A model generated the notes under the pieces. That model saw only the letters and a list, made by a program, of their open reading frames with translations, had not been told where the DNA came from and did not search any database. 64,000 nucleotides of DNA from an uncultured Acidimicrobiaceae bacterium (GTDB taxonomy: Bacteria > Actinomycetota > Acidimicrobiia > Acidimicrobiales > UBA8190). Location of the stretch: positions 413,243 to 477,242 of the forward strand of contig CAWKDG010000001.1 of NCBI GenBank assembly GCA_963848355.1, in the 5' to 3' direction. The first letter of the stretch is position 1, and each line of letters opens with the position of its first letter. Shown here piece by piece: positions 56,862 through 64,000 of the stretch. A program made the translations under genes and the position numbers.

Positions 56862-57832
56862 GGGCGCTCCTTGCCGGTGGGGCCGGAGCGTGGTGAGGTG
56901 CCCACGTCGGTGGCGATCATGGTGCCCACACCTTCGTCGGTGAAGATCTCGAGCAGCAGGGCGTGGGCCACCCGGCCGTCGAGGATGTGGGCGCGGGCCA
57001 CGCCGGCACGCACCGCCCGCGTGCACGCCTCGACCTTCGGCACCATCCCCGACGTCGCCGCCCCCGAGGCCACCATGGCTTCGAGCTCGTCGACCGAGAC
57101 CGTCCGCAACATCGTCTCGGGATCGTCGGGATCGGCGCGCACACCGGAGACGTCGGTGAGGAAGACGAGCTTCTCGGCCTGCAGGGCGGCGGCCACGGCC
57201 CCGGCCACGGCGTCGGCGTTGATGTTGTACGCCTGCCCGGCGGCGTCGGCGGCGATGGTGGCCACCACCGGGATGAGGCCCTGGGCCAGGAGGCGCTCGA
57301 TGAGTGACGGGTCGACCACCTCGACGTCGCCGACGAAGCCGAGTTGACCGGGCCGGGCCACGGCCGTGATCAGGTTGGCGTCCTCGCCCGACAGACCGAC
57401 GGCCAGGGCGCCGTGGACGTTGATGGCGGAGACGATCTCGCGGTTGACCTTCCCCACGAGGACCATCCGGGCGATCTCGAGGGTCTCGGCGTCGGTCACG
57501 CGCATCCCGTCGCGGAATTCGGGCACCTTCCCCAGCCGGGCCATGAGCGATCCGATCTGGGGACCGCCGCCGTGGACCACCACCGGGAGCATCCCCACCG
57601 ACCGCATCAGCACGACGTCCTCGGCGAACTGGGCCAGAGCGGCGGCGTCGGCGGCGGCGTCGGCGTCCTCGGCCCGGGCGTTGCCGCCGTACTTGACCAC
57701 GACGACCTTGCCCCAGAAGCGCAGGATGTAGGGCAGGGCCTCGACGAGGATGGCGGCCTTGGCCGCCGGCGCCCCGGTCGACACCGTCGCTTCGGTCGAC
57801 ACCGTCCCCTCGGCCGACACCGTTCCCGTCAC
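56858..57832 (-). CDS. argB: Acetylglutamate kinase
   Basis: 324 aa with VVVKYGGNA and VVVHGGGPQI. The N-terminus contains an 18-bp x3 repeat (TVSAEG TVSTEA TVSTGA). Confidence 0.9.
   Translation of the reverse strand: MTGTVSAEGTVSTEATVSTGAPAAKAAILVEALPYILRFWGKVVVVKYGGNARAEDADAAADAAALAQFAEDVVLMRSVGMLPVVVHGGGPQIGSLMARLGKVPEFRDGMRVTDAETLEIARMVLVGKVNREIVSAINVHGALAVGLSGEDANLITAVARPGQLGFVGDVEVVDPSLIERLLAQGLIPVVATIAADAAGQAYNINADAVAGAVAAALQAEKLVFLTDVSGVRADPDDPETMLRTVSVDELEAMVASGAATSGMVPKVEACTRAVRAGVARAHILDGRVAHALLLEIFTDEGVGTMIATDVGTSPRSGPTGKERP
57778..57831. repeat. 18-bp in-frame tandem repeat, three copies, at the 5' end of argB
   Basis: tcgacaccgtcgcttcgg / tcgacaccgtcccctcgg / ccgacaccgttcccgtca. 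Confidence 0.85.
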
Positions 57833-59001
57833 GACGTCGTCCTGTTCTCGTCGATGTAGCCGTGACCGAGATCGACCGTCGTGACGGCACCGAGGCCGGC
57901 GCCGAGGCCGAGATCGCAGTGCACCTCGACACGGGGGAGCGCCATGTGCGTGCGGACCGCCTTGTCGTCGTGGTCGGCGGCCACCCCGCCCCGGCAGACG
58001 ACGGTGTCGCCGTAGGCGATCTCGACGCGACCGATGTCGAACGCCACCCCGGCCGAGCCCAGTTCACTCAGCACCCGTCCCCAGTACGGGTCCTCACCGT
58101 TCAGAGAGCACTTGACCAGATTCGAGTCGGCCACCTTGCGCGCGGCGCGCTGCGCCTCGTCGTCGGAGAGGGCACCCGAGACCATGACGTGGACGACCCG
58201 GGACCCGCCTTCGGCGTCGGCCGCCATCATCTCCATCAACGCCTCGCAGGCCTCGGTCAGGGCGCCGGCGACCCGGTCGGGTGGGGCCGGGGCACCGGCG
58301 CGCCCACTGGCGAGCACCATGACGGTGTCGTTGGTCGACGTGCACCCGTCCACCGTCAGCCGGTTGAAGGTGACCTCGACGGCGCCGACCAGCGCCGCCT
58401 TCAGCGCCGCCGGGTCACAGGCCACGTCGGTGGTGAGGACGGCCAGCATGGTGGCCATGTCGGGGGCGAGCATGGCGGCACCCTTGGCCATGGCCCCCAC
58501 CGTGAACCCCCCACCGTCGACGACGACCTCCTTGCGGACCACATCCGTCGTCATGATGGCCGTCGCCGCCTCCTCCCCCGCCTGACGACCCCCGGCGCGG
58601 GCGGCCACCAGCCGGGGGATGCCGGACTCGATCGGCGCCATCGGCAGGGGGATCCCGATCAGTCCCGTCTGGCAGATGAGGACCTCGGCACCGTCGACGC
58701 CGAGCCCCTCCCCCACCAGCGCGCACATCCGCCCGGCGTCCTCGGCGCCGCGCGCCCCGGTGGCGGCGTTGGCGTTCCCCGACGAGACGATCACCGCTGC
58801 CGCGTATCCGCCGGTGGCGTCGAGATGGGCCCGGCTCACCGTGACCGGTGCGGCGGCGGCCAGGTTGCTGGTGAAGACGGCGGCGGCGGGGACACGACGC
58901 CCGTCGTCGGTGGCCACCAGAGCGAGGTCGGGTGCCCCCGAGGCCTTGATCCCGCAGGCCACGCCGGCCGCCACGAACCCGGCGGGGGCGGTCACGCTCA
59001 C
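57829..59001 (-). CDS. argJ: Bifunctional glutamate N-acetyltransferase / amino-acid acetyltransferase
   Basis: From GTG 59001 (GTGA overlap with argC): VSVTAPAGFVAAGVACGIKASGAPDLALV… and the self-cleavage region …ATMLAVLTTD. Confidence 0.9.
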   Translation of the reverse strand: MSVTAPAGFVAAGVACGIKASGAPDLALVATDDGRRVPAAAVFTSNLAAAAPVTVSRAHLDATGGYAAAVIVSSGNANAATGARGAEDAGRMCALVGEGLGVDGAEVLICQTGLIGIPLPMAPIESGIPRLVAARAGGRQAGEEAATAIMTTDVVRKEVVVDGGGFTVGAMAKGAAMLAPDMATMLAVLTTDVACDPAALKAALVGAVEVTFNRLTVDGCTSTNDTVMVLASGRAGAPAPPDRVAGALTEACEALMEMMAADAEGGSRVVHVMVSGALSDDEAQRAARKVADSNLVKCSLNGEDPYWGRVLSELGSAGVAFDIGRVEIAYGDTVVCRGGVAADHDDKAVRTHMALPRVEVHCDLGLGAGLGAVTTVDLGHGYIDENRTTS

Positions 59002-60011
59002 GGATAGACCCCGACGGTCGCCAGTCCCGTCGTCTCGTCCCATCCGTTGACCACATTCACGCACTGGACGGCCTGGCCCGAGGCGCCCTTGCCCAGGTTG
59101 TCGAGCGCACAGAGGACGAGGACCCAGCCCGTGCGCTCGTCGACGCGCGCCGTGAGATGGGCGGCGTTCGACCCGAAGGTGGCCTTCGTCGACGGCGACG
59201 TCTCGGAGACGACCACGAAGGGGGCACCGGCGTAGGCGTCGGCCAGGATGCCGAGGACGTCCTCGGTGGTGCACGACCGGGCGGGGCGCGCGTAGCAGGT
59301 GGCCAGGATCCCCCGGGTCATGGGGGCGAGGTGGGGCGTGAAGAGCACCTGGGCCCCGACCGCCTGTTCGATCTCCGGCGTGTGCCGGTGGGTGAGGAGC
59401 CCGTAGGCGGTGAAGTTCTCATCGACGGTGGCGAAATGCATGGCCGGCGAGAGCGACCGCCCGGCACCGGAGGTCCCGCTGGCGGCGTCGACCACGATCC
59501 CGGTGTTCTCCACGACCCCGGCCCGCACGAGCGGCGCCAGGGCCAGGGCGGCCGCCGTCGGGTAGCACCCGGGCGCGGCGACCAGCGCGGCGCCGGCCAG
59601 GTCGGGCCCGAACAGCTCGGGGAGGCCGTAGGCGAACCGGCCGAGCAGCCCCGGGGCCTCGTGCTCGGCGCCGTACCAGGTGGGATAGACGGCCGGGTCG
59701 CGCAGGCGGAAGTCGGCGGCCAGGTCGACCAGGAGACCGACCCGACCGACCAGGGCGGGGGCCAGGCGCTGTGACTCCCCGTGGGGCAGGGCCAGGAACA
59801 CGACGTCGAGCCCGTCGAGGTCATCGGCCCGCAGCGTCGAGAAGGCCAGCGACCGGTAGGCGCCGGCCAGGGACGGATAGAGGGCGGACACCGGTTGCCC
59901 GGCCTGGGTGTCGGCCCCGGCCAGGACCACCTCGAGATCGGGATGGGCGGCGCACAGGCGCAGCAGCTCCGCCCCGGCGTACCCCGACGCCCCGTCGATC
60001 CCGACCTTCAT
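58998..60011 (-). CDS. argC: N-acetyl-gamma-glutamyl-phosphate reductase
   Basis: 337 aa. MKVGIDGASGYAGAELLRL, active-site region APGCYPTAA. Confidence 0.9.
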   Translation of the reverse strand: MKVGIDGASGYAGAELLRLCAAHPDLEVVLAGADTQAGQPVSALYPSLAGAYRSLAFSTLRADDLDGLDVVFLALPHGESQRLAPALVGRVGLLVDLAADFRLRDPAVYPTWYGAEHEAPGLLGRFAYGLPELFGPDLAGAALVAAPGCYPTAAALALAPLVRAGVVENTGIVVDAASGTSGAGRSLSPAMHFATVDENFTAYGLLTHRHTPEIEQAVGAQVLFTPHLAPMTRGILATCYARPARSCTTEDVLGILADAYAGAPFVVVSETSPSTKATFGSNAAHLTARVDERTGWVLVLCALDNLGKGASGQAVQCVNVVNGWDETTGLATVGVYP

Positions 60012-60016
60012 GGCGC

Positions 60017-60050
60017 AATACTATACAGATACCTGCATACTCATGCGACA
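60017..60050. promoter_or_regulatory. AT-rich patch upstream of argC, candidate ArgR operator (ARG box-like TGCATACTCATGCGA)
   Basis: caatactatacagatacctgcatactcatgcgac stands out from the GC-rich surroundings and lies 6-40 bp upstream of the argC start. It has partial dyad TGCAT…ATGCG. Confidence 0.4.
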
Positions 60051-60092
60051 CCAGCAGGGTTTCTACCGGGGGCGGCTGTTAGTTTGACGGGG

Positions 60093-61058
60093 ATGCGGGT
60101 CCTCGTCACCGGAGGTGCCGGCTTCATCGCGTCGCACCTGGCCGATCACCTGCTGGAACAGGGCCATTCCGTCGTCGCCCTCGACGACCTCTCCACCGGC
60201 CGGGCCTCCAATGTCGAGCATCTCCGGGGCCGGCCCGACTTCGAGCTCGTCCTCGGGTCGATCCTCGATCCCGACGCCGTCGACGCCGCCGTCGGGCGCT
60301 GCGACGCCGTCTTCCACCTGGCGGCAGCCGTCGGGGTGGAGCTCATCGTGAACCAGCCGCTCCAGAGCCTGGCCACCAACATCCGCGGCGCCGAGATCGT
60401 CTTCGAGAAGGCCAACGACCACGGGACCCCCGTTCTCGTCACCTCGAGCAGCGAGATCTACGGGAAGAACCGTTCGGACCGCCTCCACGAGGACGACGAC
60501 CGCATCCTCGGGTCGCCGTTGAAGAGCCGCTGGGCCTACTCCGAGGCGAAGGCCATCGACGAGATCCTGGCCTACACCTATTGGAAGGAGAAGGGACTCC
60601 GCACCGTCATCGTCCGGCTCTTCAACACTGTCGGTCCCCGGCAGACGGGCGCCTACGGCATGGTCATCCCCCGCTTCGTCGGCCAGGCCCTGCGCGACGA
60701 GCCCATCACCGTCTACGGCGACGGCCTCCAGACCCGCTGCTTCTGTTACGTCGGTGACATCGTCGTCGCCCTCGCCGCCCTGCTCGGGCACCCCGACGCC
60801 TACGGACGGGTCTTCAACCTGGGTTCCGACGAGGAGGTGTCGATCCGGGAGCTGGCCGAGATCGTGCTGGCCGAGACCGGCTCGCACTCGGAGATCCGCT
60901 ACGTGGCCTACGAGGACGCCTACGAGGAGGGGTTCGAGGACATGGCGCGGCGCGTCCCCGACACCTCCAGGGCCCGCTCTCTGGTGGGCTTCCGTCCCAC
61001 CGTCGGCCTGCACGACATCATCCGCCTCGTGATCGAGGAGCAGCGGCAGATCCTCTGA
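60093..61058 (+). CDS. NAD-dependent epimerase/dehydratase (UDP-glucuronate decarboxylase-like)
   Basis: From ATG 60093: MRVLVTGGAGFIASHL…, catalytic YSEAKAIDE (YxxxK), GDGLQTRCFCYVGDIV. Confidence 0.85.
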   Translation: MRVLVTGGAGFIASHLADHLLEQGHSVVALDDLSTGRASNVEHLRGRPDFELVLGSILDPDAVDAAVGRCDAVFHLAAAVGVELIVNQPLQSLATNIRGAEIVFEKANDHGTPVLVTSSSEIYGKNRSDRLHEDDDRILGSPLKSRWAYSEAKAIDEILAYTYWKEKGLRTVIVRLFNTVGPRQTGAYGMVIPRFVGQALRDEPITVYGDGLQTRCFCYVGDIVVALAALLGHPDAYGRVFNLGSDEEVSIRELAEIVLAETGSHSEIRYVAYEDAYEEGFEDMARRVPDTSRARSLVGFRPTVGLHDIIRLVIEEQRQIL

Positions 61059-61068
61059 CCGGCGGCGG

Positions 61069-62637
61069 TCATGTCGAGGGCGACTCGAGAATCGGATTCG
61101 GCTCCACCGTCAGGGTGGGCAGTTCACGACGGCACCGCGCCCGGTCGGGCATCCGCTCGACGTAGTGCCCCGAGATGTCTACGACCACCACGCGTCCGTA
61201 GGGCACGAGGCCCACGCCCTCCAGAGGCGGTTGCGTCAGGCCCTCGGCCGCGCACCCGAGATCGGTGGAGACGGGCTGAGCCAAGATCGATCCCGTCCCG
61301 TAGAGCAGATCGAGAGCCCCCGAGGTGTCCCACGTCGCCGACAGGACGGGCACCCACTGGGGCGACGCCGTCAGGTGGTACCCGGCGAGGAGTATCTCGT
61401 CGCGGTCGTCGACCCGGGGCAGCAACTGCTTCACGTCGGAGATGACCCGCTGTCTCTGGGACTGGGCGAAGAGATAGTCCTGCTGGTCCTGGTGCGTCTG
61501 CGAGAAGAAGCTGGCGAACACACCGGCGAAGAGCGCAGCAACGATGACGGCGGCGGCGCGCCGGTTCCGTCCCACCACCTTGGCCACTCCGCCCAGGGCG
61601 ACGATGACAGCGGTGAGAAAGAAGAGCTGCGCCAGCAGGTTCACCCGGTTCCCGAGTCCGAACTGCCCGGGGAGGTAGTAGTCGTCGGCCGGGATGAACG
61701 GCACCCAGGACAGGTAGGTGCAGTCGATCAGCAGGAGAAGGGAAATGCCGATCCACGACAGCGGTGGCCCTCCCCCGGTCTCCCGGTGCTGCAGGGCCCG
61801 CCACCCGCCGTAACAGGCGGCGGCCACTGTGCAGGCGACGAGGACATCGGCCACGGTGAACAAGCCCACCAGATGATGCAGCATGGTTGTCGTCCCGGAG
61901 TGGACGAGGGACTCGATCCGGGCCGGATACTGCGCCAACGGCCGGGCCGTCTTGTGCAATGGGCTGACGGCCCTCTCGAACATGACCAGGGCGGCGAACC
62001 CGGCGGCCACGACCGCGGGAGCCGTCCACTGCAGCACGCGCCGGCGATCGTCGGCGAAGGCGATCAGGGCGACGGGCAGGAGGACGATCGGCGCCACCGC
62101 CTCGTAGGTGATCGTCGCCGCCACCAGGAGCGCCAGACTGATCCCGAGGTGGACACCGGCGTGGGGACGTCGGTTCATCCACCGTGACCCGGCGGCGATG
62201 GCGGCCAGAGCGAGAACCATGGCCAGGCTCATCTGCGTGGCCGTCCACCACAGACCCAGGCTGTCGGCGTAGGGCGAGACGACCACCAGCAGCCCCACGG
62301 CCCCCGAGGCGAGGGGCGGGAGGCCGAGACCGTCGAGGGCGACGACAGCCAGGACGGCCATGGCGCTCATGAGGACGGCCGACGAGAGGTAGTACCCGAG
62401 AGGGTCGGTCCCGAAGAGGCGGACGGCCAGGGCCTCCCAGACGATGAACCCGGGCCGGTAACTGGTAAAGAGCCCCAGGTGGAATTGGTGACCGGCGGCG
62501 CTGGCCCAGTCGTCGTAGACGAAGCCGGCCCGCACCGAGTACGGGATCCAGAAGGCCAGGGCCGCGACGCCGATCACCACCGGCATCACGATCTTCGGCT
62601 CCGCCCACCGGTGAGGAAGGCGGACCGCCGAGGCCAT
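61069..62637 (-). CDS. Polytopic membrane protein, possible GT-C-type glycosyltransferase or polymerase
   Basis: C-terminal part of ORF 61069..63030. It has at least 10 hydrophobic segments and a soluble C-terminal tail. The start is ATG 62637 or 62691. I recognise no family motif with confidence. Confidence 0.5.
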   Translation of the reverse strand: MASAVRLPHRWAEPKIVMPVVIGVAALAFWIPYSVRAGFVYDDWASAAGHQFHLGLFTSYRPGFIVWEALAVRLFGTDPLGYYLSSAVLMSAMAVLAVVALDGLGLPPLASGAVGLLVVVSPYADSLGLWWTATQMSLAMVLALAAIAAGSRWMNRRPHAGVHLGISLALLVAATITYEAVAPIVLLPVALIAFADDRRRVLQWTAPAVVAAGFAALVMFERAVSPLHKTARPLAQYPARIESLVHSGTTTMLHHLVGLFTVADVLVACTVAAACYGGWRALQHRETGGGPPLSWIGISLLLLIDCTYLSWVPFIPADDYYLPGQFGLGNRVNLLAQLFFLTAVIVALGGVAKVVGRNRRAAAVIVAALFAGVFASFFSQTHQDQQDYLFAQSQRQRVISDVKQLLPRVDDRDEILLAGYHLTASPQWVPVLSATWDTSGALDLLYGTGSILAQPVSTDLGCAAEGLTQPPLEGVGLVPYGRVVVVDISGHYVERMPDRARCRRELPTLTVEPNPILESPST

Positions 62638-62726
62638 GACGGACAACCTAACAAAGTCCCCGTCGGCCGAGACCGGCGGTCTGCCTAACATGGCACGGGC
62701 GATGACTCCCACGAGGAAGGCGGGGC

Positions 62727-64000
62727 ATGGTCGCAGAGTTGCTCCTGCATGTCGGTCCCGAGAAGACGGGCACGACCACGATCCAGGCGTCCCTGGCGGC
62801 GTCGGCGGCGGAGTTGACGGCGGCCGGAACGTTCGTCCCCCTGGCGTCGGGCGAGTCACCGGGACACCACCTTCCCGTCCTGAAGGAGGTGGTCGGGCCA
62901 CAGGTCTTCCAGGACCACTACGCGTACTCACAAGACTCCCTCTCCCTCGAGGAGACGTTGGCCGACCTCTCGCGCAACGGCTGTCCCAGGATGTTGCTGT
63001 CCGCAGAGGACTTCTCCTCTCCCTCGACACGCCATGACGTCGTCCGGTTGATCGAGCGGATCAATCCGCAGAAACTCACCGTGATCCACGCGATGCGATC
63101 CGTTGTCCCATGGTTGTTGTCATGGCACGGGCAGGACATCAAGTACGGACTCTTCGACAGGGGTTCCTGGCCCGTCGATCGCTTCTCACGGTGGTTCACC
63201 GACAATGTCTTCACTCTTGATTCCACCTGCGAGCTCTGGAGTCAGGGGCCTTGGGACTTCGAACTACGCAGCCTCGTCCTGCCGTCCGGCTCGAGCCTCG
63301 ACATCTGTCGTCTCTTCGCCGACTGTGCCAGCCTGCCCACCACTCTCACCGAGGTTCCACCCGTCAATCGACGGCTGAGCCCCTGCGAGTTGCACGTTCT
63401 CCAGACCCTGAACGTGCACACGTTCGACGCGGGCGCGTCGCTCCCGCAACGCGCCGCGGCCCGTGCGGCGGTGCTGTCGACCCTCTGGCGTCACGGGGTC
63501 CCCCCGCACACCTGTGACTGCGCCGTGTCGATGGACGCGGCCACGAAGACCCGCCTCGAGACCGTCTACGCCGACTACGTCGACCGGATCGTCGCCGTCT
63601 CGGGAGTCGTGACCGGCGACGTCGGGGCCATGACGAGGTCGGTGACGAACGACGACGCCGTCCACAGCCGCTTTCCCACTGCCGACAGCGCCGCTCTGTG
63701 TCTGACCTTCCTCGGGCACCTGGTCGACGACGGTGCCGCCGCCCACCGCGAGCTTGAAGATGTGGGCACCTTCTGGCACGTCCGGGCCGACGCCTACTCC
63801 GATGCCCGTGACCACTGGCACGAGCAGGCGGAGAATTGGGAGAAAGCGGCCGGTGACGCCGACCGAGCACGCGACTTCTGGCAGGAACAGGCGGAGAATT
63901 GGGAGAAGGCGGCCACGGCCTACGAGGGTGCACGCGACTTCTGGCACGAGCAGGCCCAGAACTGGCAAGAGGTGGCCGAGACAGAACTCGGGAGGATGTC
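62727..64000 (+). CDS. Sulfotransferase-like P-loop protein with C-terminal 21-aa tandem repeats, 3' end outside window
   Basis: Not in the supplied ORF track because it has no stop before the window end. ATG 62727 MVAELLLHVGPEKTGTTTIQASL… has no stop through 64000 in my hand translation. It ends in DHWHEQAENWEKAAGDADRAR / DFWQEQAENWEKAATAYEGAR / DFWHEQAQNWQEVAETELGRM. The listed minus ORFs 63264..63968 and 63364..63933 are antisense shadows. Confidence 0.55.
   Translation, partial: MVAELLLHVGPEKTGTTTIQASLAASAAELTAAGTFVPLASGESPGHHLPVLKEVVGPQVFQDHYAYSQDSLSLEETLADLSRNGCPRMLLSAEDFSSPSTRHDVVRLIERINPQKLTVIHAMRSVVPWLLSWHGQDIKYGLFDRGSWPVDRFSRWFTDNVFTLDSTCELWSQGPWDFELRSLVLPSGSSLDICRLFADCASLPTTLTEVPPVNRRLSPCELHVLQTLNVHTFDAGASLPQRAAARAAVLSTLWRHGVPPHTCDCAVSMDAATKTRLETVYADYVDRIVAVSGVVTGDVGAMTRSVTNDDAVHSRFPTADSAALCLTFLGHLVDDGAAAHRELEDVGTFWHVRADAYSDARDHWHEQAENWEKAAGDADRARDFWQEQAENWEKAATAYEGARDFWHEQAQNWQEVAETELGRM
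63810..63998 (+). repeat. 63-nt (21-codon) in-frame tandem repeat, three copies
   Basis: GCGGAGAATT at 63828 and 63891 and GCCCAGAACT at 63954 give a period of 63 nt. Confidence 0.85.

Overview
Very GC-rich bacterial chromosome segment that looks like Actinomycetota. The 16S has an Acidimicrobiia-like look, but that is inference only. It holds about 55 tightly packed genes, mostly core metabolism, and many are joined by 4-nt GTGA/ATGA stop-start overlaps. Left to right: an APH-kinase/VOC/APH(6)-like/GNAT cluster; gltBD; thiOSGD; an ECF sigma factor with a membrane partner; a GT-C-like membrane glycosyltransferase; an S9 peptidase; the conserved gcvH-FHA(GarA-like)-MerR-(hpt)-bifunctional-nuclease block; a nucleotidyltransferase/phosphomannomutase fusion next to a CDP-alcohol phosphatidyltransferase; DUF1015; korAB; fbaB; ltaE; a peptide-type ABC transporter with two paralogous binding proteins; one rrn operon; the full arginine operon argCJBDFRGH plus a 3-methyladenine glycosylase; and a cell-envelope glycan cluster. 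The outstanding feature is the rrn operon on the minus strand (43.5-50.4 kb). Its 16S and 5S are ordinary, but the 23S gene spans about 4.8 kb. Three insertions of 374, 760 and 514 nt interrupt otherwise colinear conserved exons after E. coli positions U2593, U1951 and U1911. All three insertions show group I intron hallmarks. The U1951 insertion carries an intact single-motif LAGLIDADG homing endonuclease, and the U1911 insertion carries a decayed one. Three secondary themes follow. (i) Six reading-frame breaks occur in conserved genes; four sit on short G/C homopolymer runs, so they are more likely consensus errors than biology. (ii) There is an unusual density of 13-18 bp tandem repeats sitting exactly on gene junctions or termini. 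(iii) An open-ended ORF at 62727..64000 is missing from the supplied ORF track. I saw no CRISPR array, transposase, integrase, prophage or recognisable defence genes. All calls come from reading the sequence and translations by eye; no searches were run.
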